In this document: in pieces, positions 29,643 to 37,738 of the stretch | Layout of the letters: each line of letters opens with the position of its first letter | Numbering within the stretch: the first letter of the stretch is position 1 | NCBI GenBank assembly: GCA_017470005.1 | Contig: JAFUFH010000036.1 | Location: 4,241-68,240, forward strand | Direction: 5' to 3' | Length of the DNA: 64,000 nt | DNA from: Bacilli bacterium | Lineage (GTDB): Bacteria > Bacillota_I > Bacilli_A > RFN20 > CAG-288 | Translations under genes and position numbers: made by a program | Notes under the pieces: generated by a model | What the model saw: the letters and a program-made list of their open reading frames with translations, nothing else | Databases searched by the model: none | What the model was told of the DNA's origin: nothing

Positions 29643-31252
29643 TAGAATTCCGCAAATTTAAGCACGCAATCATTACTAGAAATCGAATCTACTTTGAAAC
29701 CATATTTTGGTTTATTTCCATCATCAAAGACAAAGTTTGGGTAGGATTCATGGTTAAAAGTAGAATTCAATCTGTATAAAGAATTTGTTCCTGAGAATGT
29801 TCCACCATTGATTCTCTTTCCTGTAGCAGGAAGCAAAGAAATCAATCTTCCACGATAGAAAGACATATCCGTATCATCTAAAGCTTGTTCCCAAGAATAA
29901 GACTTCGTATTGTTATAAAGATAGGTGTATGCATAACTGGTTCCCCACTCACTAGAATAAGGGGGTAATTTATCATAAGCATTACCATCCCAGACCGTTC
30001 CGCTTCTTGTTGCCACTAATTTTCCTACGGTTGCATTGACGTGATAGAGAAGTACACCCACCGTAGAATAAGTGGAAAGTCCATTAGAATATTTGTGAGT
30101 AGAATCACTGTAATTTAACCCAGTTGGTGTGTAATATTCCATGATCAAATATTCATCAAATGCGGTGTTGTTATACACCATATTAGAAGAATGATAAATC
30201 GGTAAAATAAAGCAGTTTCCTGTCTCCGTTTGAGACTTCAAAGTTAAAGTATAATCATTTGCTGCCAAATATTCTTCGGTAATAATGGTTGGCTTCACCC
30301 AATCTAAAAGATATTTAGAGAAAGCACAATGATCTCCAATATTGAAGTCCATCATATCCACACCACCCATAGGAGTATCCAAGCATTTATCTACTCCGCT
30401 AGGTTCATAATCGTAAGAATAATAATCATCTAAACCTAACATATGGCCTGTTTCATGGATGAAGGTGTGAGCATCAGCGCTCTCTTCCTGCTTTCTAAAA
30501 TATCCAGCATAGTCATATTCTGTTAAGAAATCGACACTAGCCCAGGCATATAAACAAGCATGTTTTCCATCATAAGTGTTTTTCGTATAAGGAGCCCAAG
30601 TAGTGAAAGCCCAATATAACTCACTATCTCTTTGATATGGAGGAGCATAAACTAGCCACACCGCATCAATATAGCCGTCTGCATCCGTATCATATTGAGA
30701 TAAATCCATTTTACTGGCCAAAGAAGTAAGGACTTTATCTAATAAATCTGCAGTATAAACAGCAGCTCCATCCGTAACCTTCTTCGTCTCTTGTTCAAAT
30801 GCTTTTGCGGTCTTATTAATGGTAAAAACAGGAGCTACTTCACCAGAGAGATGAAGCTTGTCAAAGGAAGACTTCTCATAATAAGAAGCAACAGATTCCC
30901 ATCCCGTTTTATCCGAGTTTCCAAAGAACGCATTTTCAATCATGGTCAATTGAGAAGAGGTAAAGGAATAATCTAAAGTCGCGATAGGAACAACAAGAAT
31001 CTTTGAATCACCTGTTGTCGGAAGATATCTGTATCCCATACCTAAGCCGAGATTCTTGTTATTGAGATTTGCACTAGAATAGTTTGATCCATATTTTGGG
31101 GTTCCATAAGTGACATATTCTTTACTTCCGGTATCGTTATAACTGGATTGTTCAAAAATCCCTAAAATATCAAACAAACTAAAGTTGCACGACGTTAGTG
31201 TCGTCAATAATAAGAAGCTAGCAATAGTAGTAAACAGTTTCTTCTTATGCAT
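29642..31252 (-). CDS. Lipoprotein zinc metalloprotease, M6 (immune inhibitor A)-like
   Basis: 536 aa with a signal peptide and lipobox LTSC. The motif HETGHMLGLDDYY fits the HExxHxxGLxDxY pattern of the M6 domain. The subfamily call is tentative. Confidence 0.7.
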   Translation of the reverse strand: MHKKKLFTTIASFLLLTTLTSCNFSLFDILGIFEQSSYNDTGSKEYVTYGTPKYGSNYSSANLNNKNLGLGMGYRYLPTTGDSKILVVPIATLDYSFTSSQLTMIENAFFGNSDKTGWESVASYYEKSSFDKLHLSGEVAPVFTINKTAKAFEQETKKVTDGAAVYTADLLDKVLTSLASKMDLSQYDTDADGYIDAVWLVYAPPYQRDSELYWAFTTWAPYTKNTYDGKHACLYAWASVDFLTEYDYAGYFRKQEESADAHTFIHETGHMLGLDDYYSYDYEPSGVDKCLDTPMGGVDMMDFNIGDHCAFSKYLLDWVKPTIITEEYLAANDYTLTLKSQTETGNCFILPIYHSSNMVYNNTAFDEYLIMEYYTPTGLNYSDSTHKYSNGLSTYSTVGVLLYHVNATVGKLVATRSGTVWDGNAYDKLPPYSSEWGTSYAYTYLYNNTKSYSWEQALDDTDMSFYRGRLISLLPATGKRINGGTFSGTNSLYRLNSTFNHESYPNFVFDDGNKPKYGFKVDSISSNDCVLKFAEF

Positions 31253-31254
31253 GT

Positions 31255-31599
31255 TTAGTCTCCGTAATCTGATCCTCTAGATTCTCTTTCAATGATGCAT
31301 CCGACCTTATCTGCAACATCCATCGCGGTTAAATAGATGGCATCGTGTGCGTCAACTAAGGGATTATCCTCCATTCCGACGAACACAACCTTCTTGTTAG
31401 CACGAGTTACTCTGTCCATTTCTTTTAAGAGATCATCGTATCTTTCTGGTCTTAACATCTTATATCCTTGAAGATAAGTATAGAACTGGGGTTCGATATA
31501 GAAAATAGAACCATCATCGTTTTGATAACAAGTCGCAAAGCGGTTTTTTAAATCGATTAATATCTTCTTATCTTCCCATTCGGGGTATTTTGTTGGCAT
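31255..31599 (-). CDS. Hypothetical protein (114 aa)
   Basis: The ORF has an AAGGAAGG RBS and ends 2 nt before the protease gene start. No family recognised. Confidence 0.6.
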   Translation of the reverse strand: MPTKYPEWEDKKILIDLKNRFATCYQNDDGSIFYIEPQFYTYLQGYKMLRPERYDDLLKEMDRVTRANKKVVFVGMEDNPLVDAHDAIYLTAMDVADKVGCIIERESRGSDYGD

Positions 31600-31622
31600 A
31601 TACTATAAATCCTTCCTTAAAT

Positions 31623-31631
31623 ATTATAACA
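31623..31631 (-). promoter_or_regulatory. Extended -10 promoter element (TGTTATAAT) ahead of the 114-aa gene
   Basis: The minus strand reads TGTTATAAT ~24 nt upstream of the ATG at 31599. The -35 is weak (TTAGAG at 17-nt spacing). Confidence 0.45.
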
Positions 31632-31685
31632 CTTATAATATTTAACTCTAACGGATGATAACAAATTGAGCAACAGGAGACTTTT

Positions 31686-32051
31686 TTATTTCAAGAAACT
31701 ACGTGCTAAAGAAATGGTTTTAGAAATCCACAAATAGTCGTTTCTTAATGACTCCATTTTAATCTCTTCTCTTGCTTTTAAAGAGATATCAGAGAGTTTT
31801 TCTAATGCACTTTTCACTTCGTTTTTCTCTCCATCTAAGAAGGCATAGATCTCTTTTTTGCCTTCATCGATAGCTTTTCTTGAATTTTCATATTGGAAAG
31901 CATCACTGAATGGTTTCTTCCCGTTCTGTTTTCTTTCGACCAATTTAATAAGCATTTCAATAGCAGGTAAGGTGGAAAGAACATAAGCGTAGGCGTCTCT
32001 TTCTTTGAGAGGAACCTTCTTAATCTTCCCAATATATTCTTCGTGTTTCAT
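31686..32051 (-). CDS. Hypothetical helical protein (121 aa)
   Basis: The ORF starts 2 nt after the upstream stop. It has a Lys/Glu-rich helical character and no recognised family. Confidence 0.55.
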   Translation of the reverse strand: MKHEEYIGKIKKVPLKERDAYAYVLSTLPAIEMLIKLVERKQNGKKPFSDAFQYENSRKAIDEGKKEIYAFLDGEKNEVKSALEKLSDISLKAREEIKMESLRNDYLWISKTISLARSFLK

Positions 32052-32053
32052 AA

Positions 32054-32530
32054 TTAGGCTCCTTTTCTAATGTTGGTCAACACTTCGTTTTCTGCTCTAG
32101 CAAATTCGGGAGGTAAATCCTCTCTGTTTTCAAAGATAACCAAAGTCTCTTTTAAGATAGCAACTAAGAAGTCTACATCCATGCGAAGTTTTTCTACATG
32201 TTGCTTTAATCCGGCATCACGAACCAAAGCAATCAGTTGATTCATATCCTCTAACCAAGAAGCATAATCATATAAGATATTGATTGCTTCTTTCCATTCC
32301 TCTTCAAAGAAGGCTTCTTCCTTCTTAGAGAGTTCAAAGAGGCGCGGATCCTCATCAAACAACTTTAAAACGTTTTCTTTCAAATGTGGGAATGCTTTTT
32401 CAAAATCTACTGTATTTAACTCAATTTCACACAACACATCATACAAAGATAACAAACAGGATGAACCACAAAAATAAGGGCTATCTGCTGCGCTGAGCAA
32501 TTCTAATTTTTCTTGTAATTTTTCTTTCAT
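32054..32530 (-). CDS. Hypothetical helical protein (158 aa)
   Basis: The ORF start overlaps the sirtuin stop (ATGA). No family recognised. Confidence 0.55.
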   Translation of the reverse strand: MKEKLQEKLELLSAADSPYFCGSSCLLSLYDVLCEIELNTVDFEKAFPHLKENVLKLFDEDPRLFELSKKEEAFFEEEWKEAINILYDYASWLEDMNQLIALVRDAGLKQHVEKLRMDVDFLVAILKETLVIFENREDLPPEFARAENEVLTNIRKGA

Positions 32531-33261
32531 ACATGTAACCTCGAGAATAATTCACCAACCTTTTGATGAATGACAACATTCGCTCTACTATCCGCAGAAG
32601 AAGGATCTTTATTGATCAAGACCATATTTCTTCCTCTGAAATAATCAATAAACCCTGCCGCGGGATAAACAACTAAGGATGTACCAGCCACTATCAACAA
32701 GTCCGCATTTTGAATCAAAGTCAATGCGTGTTGAATATCATATTCGTTCAGCCCTTCTTCATAAAGGACAACATCAGGTTTAATCACACCATTACATAAA
32801 GTGCAACGAGGAATTCCATCGCTTTCTTTCACATATTGAGCAGAATATTCTTCATGACAGTCCATACAATAATTTCTATGAACGGAACCGTGCAATTCTA
32901 TGACTTTCTTACTTCCCGCTAATTGATGTAAACCATCAATATTTTGTGTAATGACCGCTTTTAATTTTCCACTCTTTTCTAATTGGGCTAGATAGAGATG
33001 AGCAGCGTTTGGTTTTGCATCTAAAGCTAACATTTTATCCTTATAAAATCGATAAAATTCTTTGCAATTATAGTAAAAGAAAGAGTGAGAAATGATTTGT
33101 TCTGGAGGGTAATCGTATTTTTGATGATAGAGACCATCTACGCTTCTAAAATCGGGAATTCCGCTTTCTGTAGATACACCTGCCCCACCAAAAAAGACGA
33201 TATTATTACTGTCATCAATTAATGCTTGTAATCTTTTTACGTCTTCTTCTAAAGAACTCAT
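32527..33261 (-). CDS. cobB: NAD-dependent protein deacylase, Sir2/CobB family
   Basis: GAGVSTESGIPDFRS, QNIDGLH, and catalytic HG (ELHGS). A Cys4 zinc ribbon is present (CMDC ... CTLC). The start is set at ATG 33261, 7 nt after GGAGGTGG. Confidence 0.9.
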   Translation of the reverse strand: MSSLEEDVKRLQALIDDSNNIVFFGGAGVSTESGIPDFRSVDGLYHQKYDYPPEQIISHSFFYYNCKEFYRFYKDKMLALDAKPNAAHLYLAQLEKSGKLKAVITQNIDGLHQLAGSKKVIELHGSVHRNYCMDCHEEYSAQYVKESDGIPRCTLCNGVIKPDVVLYEEGLNEYDIQHALTLIQNADLLIVAGTSLVVYPAAGFIDYFRGRNMVLINKDPSSADSRANVVIHQKVGELFSRLHV

Positions 33262-33388
33262 ATTCTTTCCACCTCCTGATAACATATTTTAAAATATTTC
33301 CTTAAGTATTGTATATGAATATCCCCTTTTTCCACTGTTTTAACATACTTTTTATCGTTTTCAGCAAATAAGGAGTCACATTTAAGTA

Positions 33389-33419
33389 AACTTGTTCGTA
33401 TAAATTGAACGAACAAGTT
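33389..33419. promoter_or_regulatory. Perfect 11-bp inverted repeat (candidate operator) upstream of the sirtuin gene
   Basis: AACTTGTTCGT, a 9-nt spacer, then ACGAACAAGTT. No flanking T-run, so it is not a terminator. Confidence 0.4.
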
Positions 33420-33558
33420 CAAGATGATATAACGTTTGTGATAAAGGAATGGCAGAAATGATTGACTTAACTAATACAACTTTTTCTCTCAAAAAAGACA
33501 AAGAAGTTCTCAAGAAACATTACAAAGAATCAAATTAATTCTTTTCCATCAACACCAC

Positions 33559-33600
33559 CAAAAATGGGTGTCAGAATGGCTCTGACACCCAATATTTTTT
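33559..33600. terminator. Terminator after por (works on both strands)
   Basis: GGGTGTCAGA-ATGGC-TCTGACACCC flanked by an A-run on one side and a T-run on the other. Confidence 0.8.
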
Positions 33601-33612
33601 GGAAAAAGAGAA

Positions 33613-36600
33613 TTACTTGTTGAAGATACCGTATCTTAAGATATCGTTATATCTTCTTTCAGCATACTTCGCGTTCTTAGCAAAGAGTTCTTCTGCATGT
33701 TCAGGGTTGACTCTAGGAAGCTGAGAATAACGAGTAGAAGTAAGTAAGAAGTCTTTGATCTTGGAGAAATCAGGATTCTTACTCTTAGCACCTAAGACAA
33801 GAGGATTCTCACCTTTTTCAGCAAGTCTAGGATCGAAGGTGTAGGTTAAGAAGTAACCGCATTCGACAGCCATTCTTTCCTGGGCCATTGCGTTAGCAAG
33901 ACCGCCTCTGATACCTTGTTCCTGGCAAGGAGCATAGCACATGATGAGGGAAGGTCCATTATAGGATTCGGCAGCCTGTAAAGCCTTGATGGCGTGAGCA
34001 GGGTCAGCACCTAAGGAGATAGAGGCAACGAAGACATGATCGTAAGCCATAGCGATTAAGCCAAGGTTCTTCTTAGCAGTCTTCTTACCGGAAGCAGCAA
34101 ATTTAGCAATTTGACCAGTTTGAGAGGACTTGGAAGCTTGTCCACCAGTGTTGGAGTAGACTTCAGTGTCTAAGACTAAGATGTTGACATCGTCTTCAGA
34201 AGCGATGACGTGATCTAATCCGCCGTAGCCGATATCATAGGCCCAGCCATCACCACCGACAATCCAGACAGACTTATCAAGTAAGTCGTTCTTGACTTCT
34301 AATAAGGCCTTGATGCCTTCGTTCTTAGAAGCTTCGATGAGAGCTAACATGTTAGGTAAGATAGCCTTGATGTGCTTTCTATCCTTGATGTTGGCGAGAT
34401 AATCATTTAAGACATCCTTAAGTTCGGGTTCAACAGCATCGATGTTGTTGAGGATGATAGCGCAGATAGACTGTAACTTGAAGTCGGTTGCAAGTCTCAT
34501 ACCATAACCGTATTCAGCGTTATCTTCGAATAAGGAGTTGGCCCAAGCAATACCATTGCCATCCTTGTCGGAAACGAAAGGAGTCAAAGGAGTGGAACCA
34601 TTGTAGATGGAAGAACAACCAGTAGCATTGGCGACTAACATATCAGGACCAAATAACTGGGAGACCAATCTGTAGTAAGGAGTTTCACCGCAGCCAGCGC
34701 AGGCGCCAGAAACTTCTTGATAAGGTTTGTAGAAGGCAACTTCCTTCACGGTACCAGCAGGGAAGAAACCAGTCTTAGGTTCAACCTGTCTGTAAAGGAT
34801 TTGAGCAGCTTCTTCTCTATTGGCCTGAGTCTTAGCATCGACCATAGTGAGAGCCTTCTTGAATTCCATGACGGGTTTGCCGTTTTCATCCTTGACGATC
34901 TGACCGTTTTCATCTTTCTTGACAGAACCTTTGCCAGGGCACTGGTTCACACAGAGAGAGCAACCGACGCAGTTCTGAGGAGAAACTTGGATACGGAACT
35001 TGAGACCCTTGACATTGGGACCCATTGCATCGAGGACATCGCCTCTTTCATCTTCAGGTAATTTAGCGAGATCGTTTTCATCTAATAAGAAGGCACGGAT
35101 GGTAGCATGAGGACAAACGAAGGCGCATTGGTTACACTGGATACAATTTTCTTTATCCCAGACAGGGACTCTGTCAGCAATAGCTCTGTTTTCACGTAAA
35201 GTGATGTTGGGTTCCATGGTACCATCTTCTAATTCCCACTTTCTGAAAGTAGAAACAGGGAGGTTGTAACCATCGAGGTTGCCGATGACAGCAACATAGG
35301 AATCCCAATAATCATCGCCAGTTAAAGCGACATGATTGTTGACAGGTAAAGAAGCCCATTCAGGATTGACAGGAACTTCTCTTAATCCGTCAGTACCGCT
35401 ATCGATGGCTTTGTAGTTCATGTCAACGACTTCTTGACCTTTCTTGGCATAAGTCTTGGCAGCGAACTTCTTCATCCAATAGTTGGCACCATTTTCACCA
35501 TCATAAGGCATGATCTGAGGGTTAAGATAGAAGAAAGCGGACTGTAAGATGGTGTTAGTATGTCTACCCATACCGATGCTGAGAGCGATCTTGTTGGCAT
35601 CGATGACATATAACTTAGCCTTCTTTTCAGCTAATTGTTTCTTCATTCTGTTAGGCATGGCCTTGGCAAGCTCTTCATCGGTCATGTTGGTGTTGAGCAA
35701 GAAGGTACCACCAACCTTGAGGTTGGAGATCATGTCATACTTGAAGATGTAACTATCTAAAGAACAAGAGACAAAGTCAGCGTTCTCAACATAGTAAGTG
35801 GAGTGGATAGGGCTGTGACCAAATCTTAAGTGAGATCTAGTGACACCGCCAGATTTTCTAGAGTCATAGGCGAAGTATGCTTGAGCATATTGATTGGTTT
35901 CATCACCGATGATCTTGATGGAAGACTTGTTGGCACCGACAGTACCATCAGAGCCTAAACCATAGAAGAGACAAGAAGTGTAATCGTGATCGATGATGTA
36001 ATTTTCATCGGCAGGAACACTTAAGTTGGTGACATCATCGTTGATACCAACGGTGAAGGAATGCCAATTCTTGTCGCTGGCTAAGAAATCAAAGACACCC
36101 TTGATGTGCTTAGGAGCAGTATCCTTGGAGGAGACACCATATCTACCACCAATGACCTTGATATCTTTTCTTCCACAGAGATCTAAAGCAGCGATGACAT
36201 CTAAGTAGAGAGGTTCACCGATAGAACCAGGTTCCTTAGTTCTGTCTAAGACAGCGATTCTCTTAACAGAAGCAGGTAAGACTTTTAATAAGTATTTAGC
36301 AGAGAAAGGACGATATAAGTAGACTTTGATAAGACCAACTTTCTTTCCTTTCTTATTGAGATCTTCAACAACTTCATGAACTGTTTCAGTAGCACTACCC
36401 ATAGCGATGATGACATCAGTAGCATCGGGAGCACCAACATAAACAAAGGGAGCATAGGTTCTGCCTGTAGCATCGGAGACTTTCTTGAAGTATTCGTTAG
36501 CAACTTCAACGATGGCCTCTTCGTGAAGGTTTTGAGCTTCTCTACCTTGGAAGGTAATATCGTCATTTTCAGCACCGCCTCTAGTAACAGCGTGTCCATG

Positions 36601-37239
36601 AGGATTTAAAGCTCTCTTCTTGAAATCGGCAACCATATCCTCATCAAGGATAGATTTCCAATAAGCTTCATCGACGAATTCGACTCTCTGGATTTCATGA
36701 GAGGTTCTGAAACCATCGAAGAAATGGATGACAGGGGTCTTACCCTTGATAGCAACCAAGTGAGATAAAGGTGCTAAGTCTGCGACATCCTGAACAGACT
36801 GAGAACAGATCATTGCAGCGCCAGTTTGTCTACAAGCATAGACGTCACCATGATCACCAAAGATGGATAAGGAACGGCTAGCTAAAGAACGGGCGGCACA
36901 ATGTAAGACAATAGGTAATTCCTCACCGACCCACTTATAGATGTTAGGGATCATGAGTAATAAACCCTGAGAAGCGGTGTAAGTAGTAGCTAAAGCACCA
37001 CCTTGAGCGGCACCGTGAACAGCACCGGAAGCACCAGCTTCAGATTGCATTTCCATGACCTTGACGACATCTCCGAAGAGATTCTTTTGGCCTTGGGAAG
37101 CAAAAACGTCGACATTTTCAGCCATAGGGCTGGAAGGAGTGATGGGGTAGATTGCGGCAACTTCGGTAAACATGTAGGAACCGATAGCGGCAGCAGTGTT
37201 ACCATCTACAGACTTAAATGAGAATTTCTCTTTTTCCAT
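33613..37239 (-). CDS. nifJ: Pyruvate:ferredoxin (flavodoxin) oxidoreductase
   Basis: 1208 aa single-chain PFOR with two 4Fe-4S ferredoxin motifs (CIQCNQCAFVCP, CVGCSLCVNQCP) and a TPP-binding GDG motif (GGDGWAYDIG). Confidence 0.95.
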   Translation of the reverse strand: MEKEKFSFKSVDGNTAAAIGSYMFTEVAAIYPITPSSPMAENVDVFASQGQKNLFGDVVKVMEMQSEAGASGAVHGAAQGGALATTYTASQGLLLMIPNIYKWVGEELPIVLHCAARSLASRSLSIFGDHGDVYACRQTGAAMICSQSVQDVADLAPLSHLVAIKGKTPVIHFFDGFRTSHEIQRVEFVDEAYWKSILDEDMVADFKKRALNPHGHAVTRGGAENDDITFQGREAQNLHEEAIVEVANEYFKKVSDATGRTYAPFVYVGAPDATDVIIAMGSATETVHEVVEDLNKKGKKVGLIKVYLYRPFSAKYLLKVLPASVKRIAVLDRTKEPGSIGEPLYLDVIAALDLCGRKDIKVIGGRYGVSSKDTAPKHIKGVFDFLASDKNWHSFTVGINDDVTNLSVPADENYIIDHDYTSCLFYGLGSDGTVGANKSSIKIIGDETNQYAQAYFAYDSRKSGGVTRSHLRFGHSPIHSTYYVENADFVSCSLDSYIFKYDMISNLKVGGTFLLNTNMTDEELAKAMPNRMKKQLAEKKAKLYVIDANKIALSIGMGRHTNTILQSAFFYLNPQIMPYDGENGANYWMKKFAAKTYAKKGQEVVDMNYKAIDSGTDGLREVPVNPEWASLPVNNHVALTGDDYWDSYVAVIGNLDGYNLPVSTFRKWELEDGTMEPNITLRENRAIADRVPVWDKENCIQCNQCAFVCPHATIRAFLLDENDLAKLPEDERGDVLDAMGPNVKGLKFRIQVSPQNCVGCSLCVNQCPGKGSVKKDENGQIVKDENGKPVMEFKKALTMVDAKTQANREEAAQILYRQVEPKTGFFPAGTVKEVAFYKPYQEVSGACAGCGETPYYRLVSQLFGPDMLVANATGCSSIYNGSTPLTPFVSDKDGNGIAWANSLFEDNAEYGYGMRLATDFKLQSICAIILNNIDAVEPELKDVLNDYLANIKDRKHIKAILPNMLALIEASKNEGIKALLEVKNDLLDKSVWIVGGDGWAYDIGYGGLDHVIASEDDVNILVLDTEVYSNTGGQASKSSQTGQIAKFAASGKKTAKKNLGLIAMAYDHVFVASISLGADPAHAIKALQAAESYNGPSLIMCYAPCQEQGIRGGLANAMAQERMAVECGYFLTYTFDPRLAEKGENPLVLGAKSKNPDFSKIKDFLLTSTRYSQLPRVNPEHAEELFAKNAKYAERRYNDILRYGIFNK

Positions 37240-37307
37240 TAGATTTCCTCCAAAAAAATAGGTATTTAAGCATTACGTATTATAAAACATTATTTAAATA
37301 ATATTAA

Positions 37308-37328
37308 ATACTTATTTTAAATAAGTAT
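37308..37328. promoter_or_regulatory. 21-bp perfect palindrome upstream of por
   Basis: ATACTTATTT-T-AAATAAGTAT, ~70-90 nt upstream of the por ATG. Confidence 0.35.
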
Positions 37329-37388
37329 CATTGTTAGATGTAACTAACTAAAAACAAGCGGGTTTACTATACAAAAAGTCCCAGAAAT

Positions 37389-37574
37389 TAAAAAAGTCAC
37401 TCGAAACCAAGTGACACATGTCTCGTTTTCTTGCTGAGAAATTCCTTTTCGTCTCGTGTCTCTTACTAGTCTATTCGACTATACCCTCAGAAACACAAAA
37501 TAGGGTAAGGTTTGCATTCCAACCTTAGAATTCCTTTTGCTCACCCTCAAGATACATAAGATTCATGGGGGACG
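37389..37574 (-). ncRNA. Candidate ~186-nt small RNA or por 5' leader (class unknown)
   Basis: A minus-strand promoter (TTTACT at 37609..37604, 17-nt spacer, TATAAT at 37586..37581) precedes it. A minus-strand terminator (GTCACT-TGGTTTCG-AGTGAC plus TTTTTT, 37415..37390) closes it. No ORF with an RBS lies inside. The interval contains GAGGGU ... ACCCU ... GAGGGU, which allows alternative pairing. Confidence 0.4.
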
Positions 37575-37738
37575 AATGTAATTATATGACCAAGAGAGTG
37601 AAAAGTAAAGTGTAAAGGCTTACATTTTTCCTCAAAATGTTAGATAACGCCTAAAAATAGAACTTGTAAGCTCTTTTTTTCTTACAGAATGTGCACTTTT
37701 TAATCAAAAGTATTGCAAATTAAATATGAATAGTCTAT

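Noticed and set aside
32527-33261. The SIR2-domain protein as an anti-phage NADase effector (ThsA/DSR/SIR2-HerA-like).
   Set aside because: It is a compact 244-aa protein with the full canonical sirtuin motif set and a Cys4 zinc ribbon. It has no fused sensor domain (SLOG, Ago, HerA, long C-terminal region). The default reading is a housekeeping CobB-type deacylase. Only the unusual operon context is kept as a finding.
33449-33538. A 29-codon ORF (MAEMIDLTNTTFSLKKDKEVLKKHYKESN) between the sirtuin gene and the por terminator.
   Set aside because: It has only a marginal RBS (AAAGGA) and no recognisable peptide class. The downstream terminator is already explained by por on the other strand. 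It cannot be supported without conservation or Ribo-seq data.
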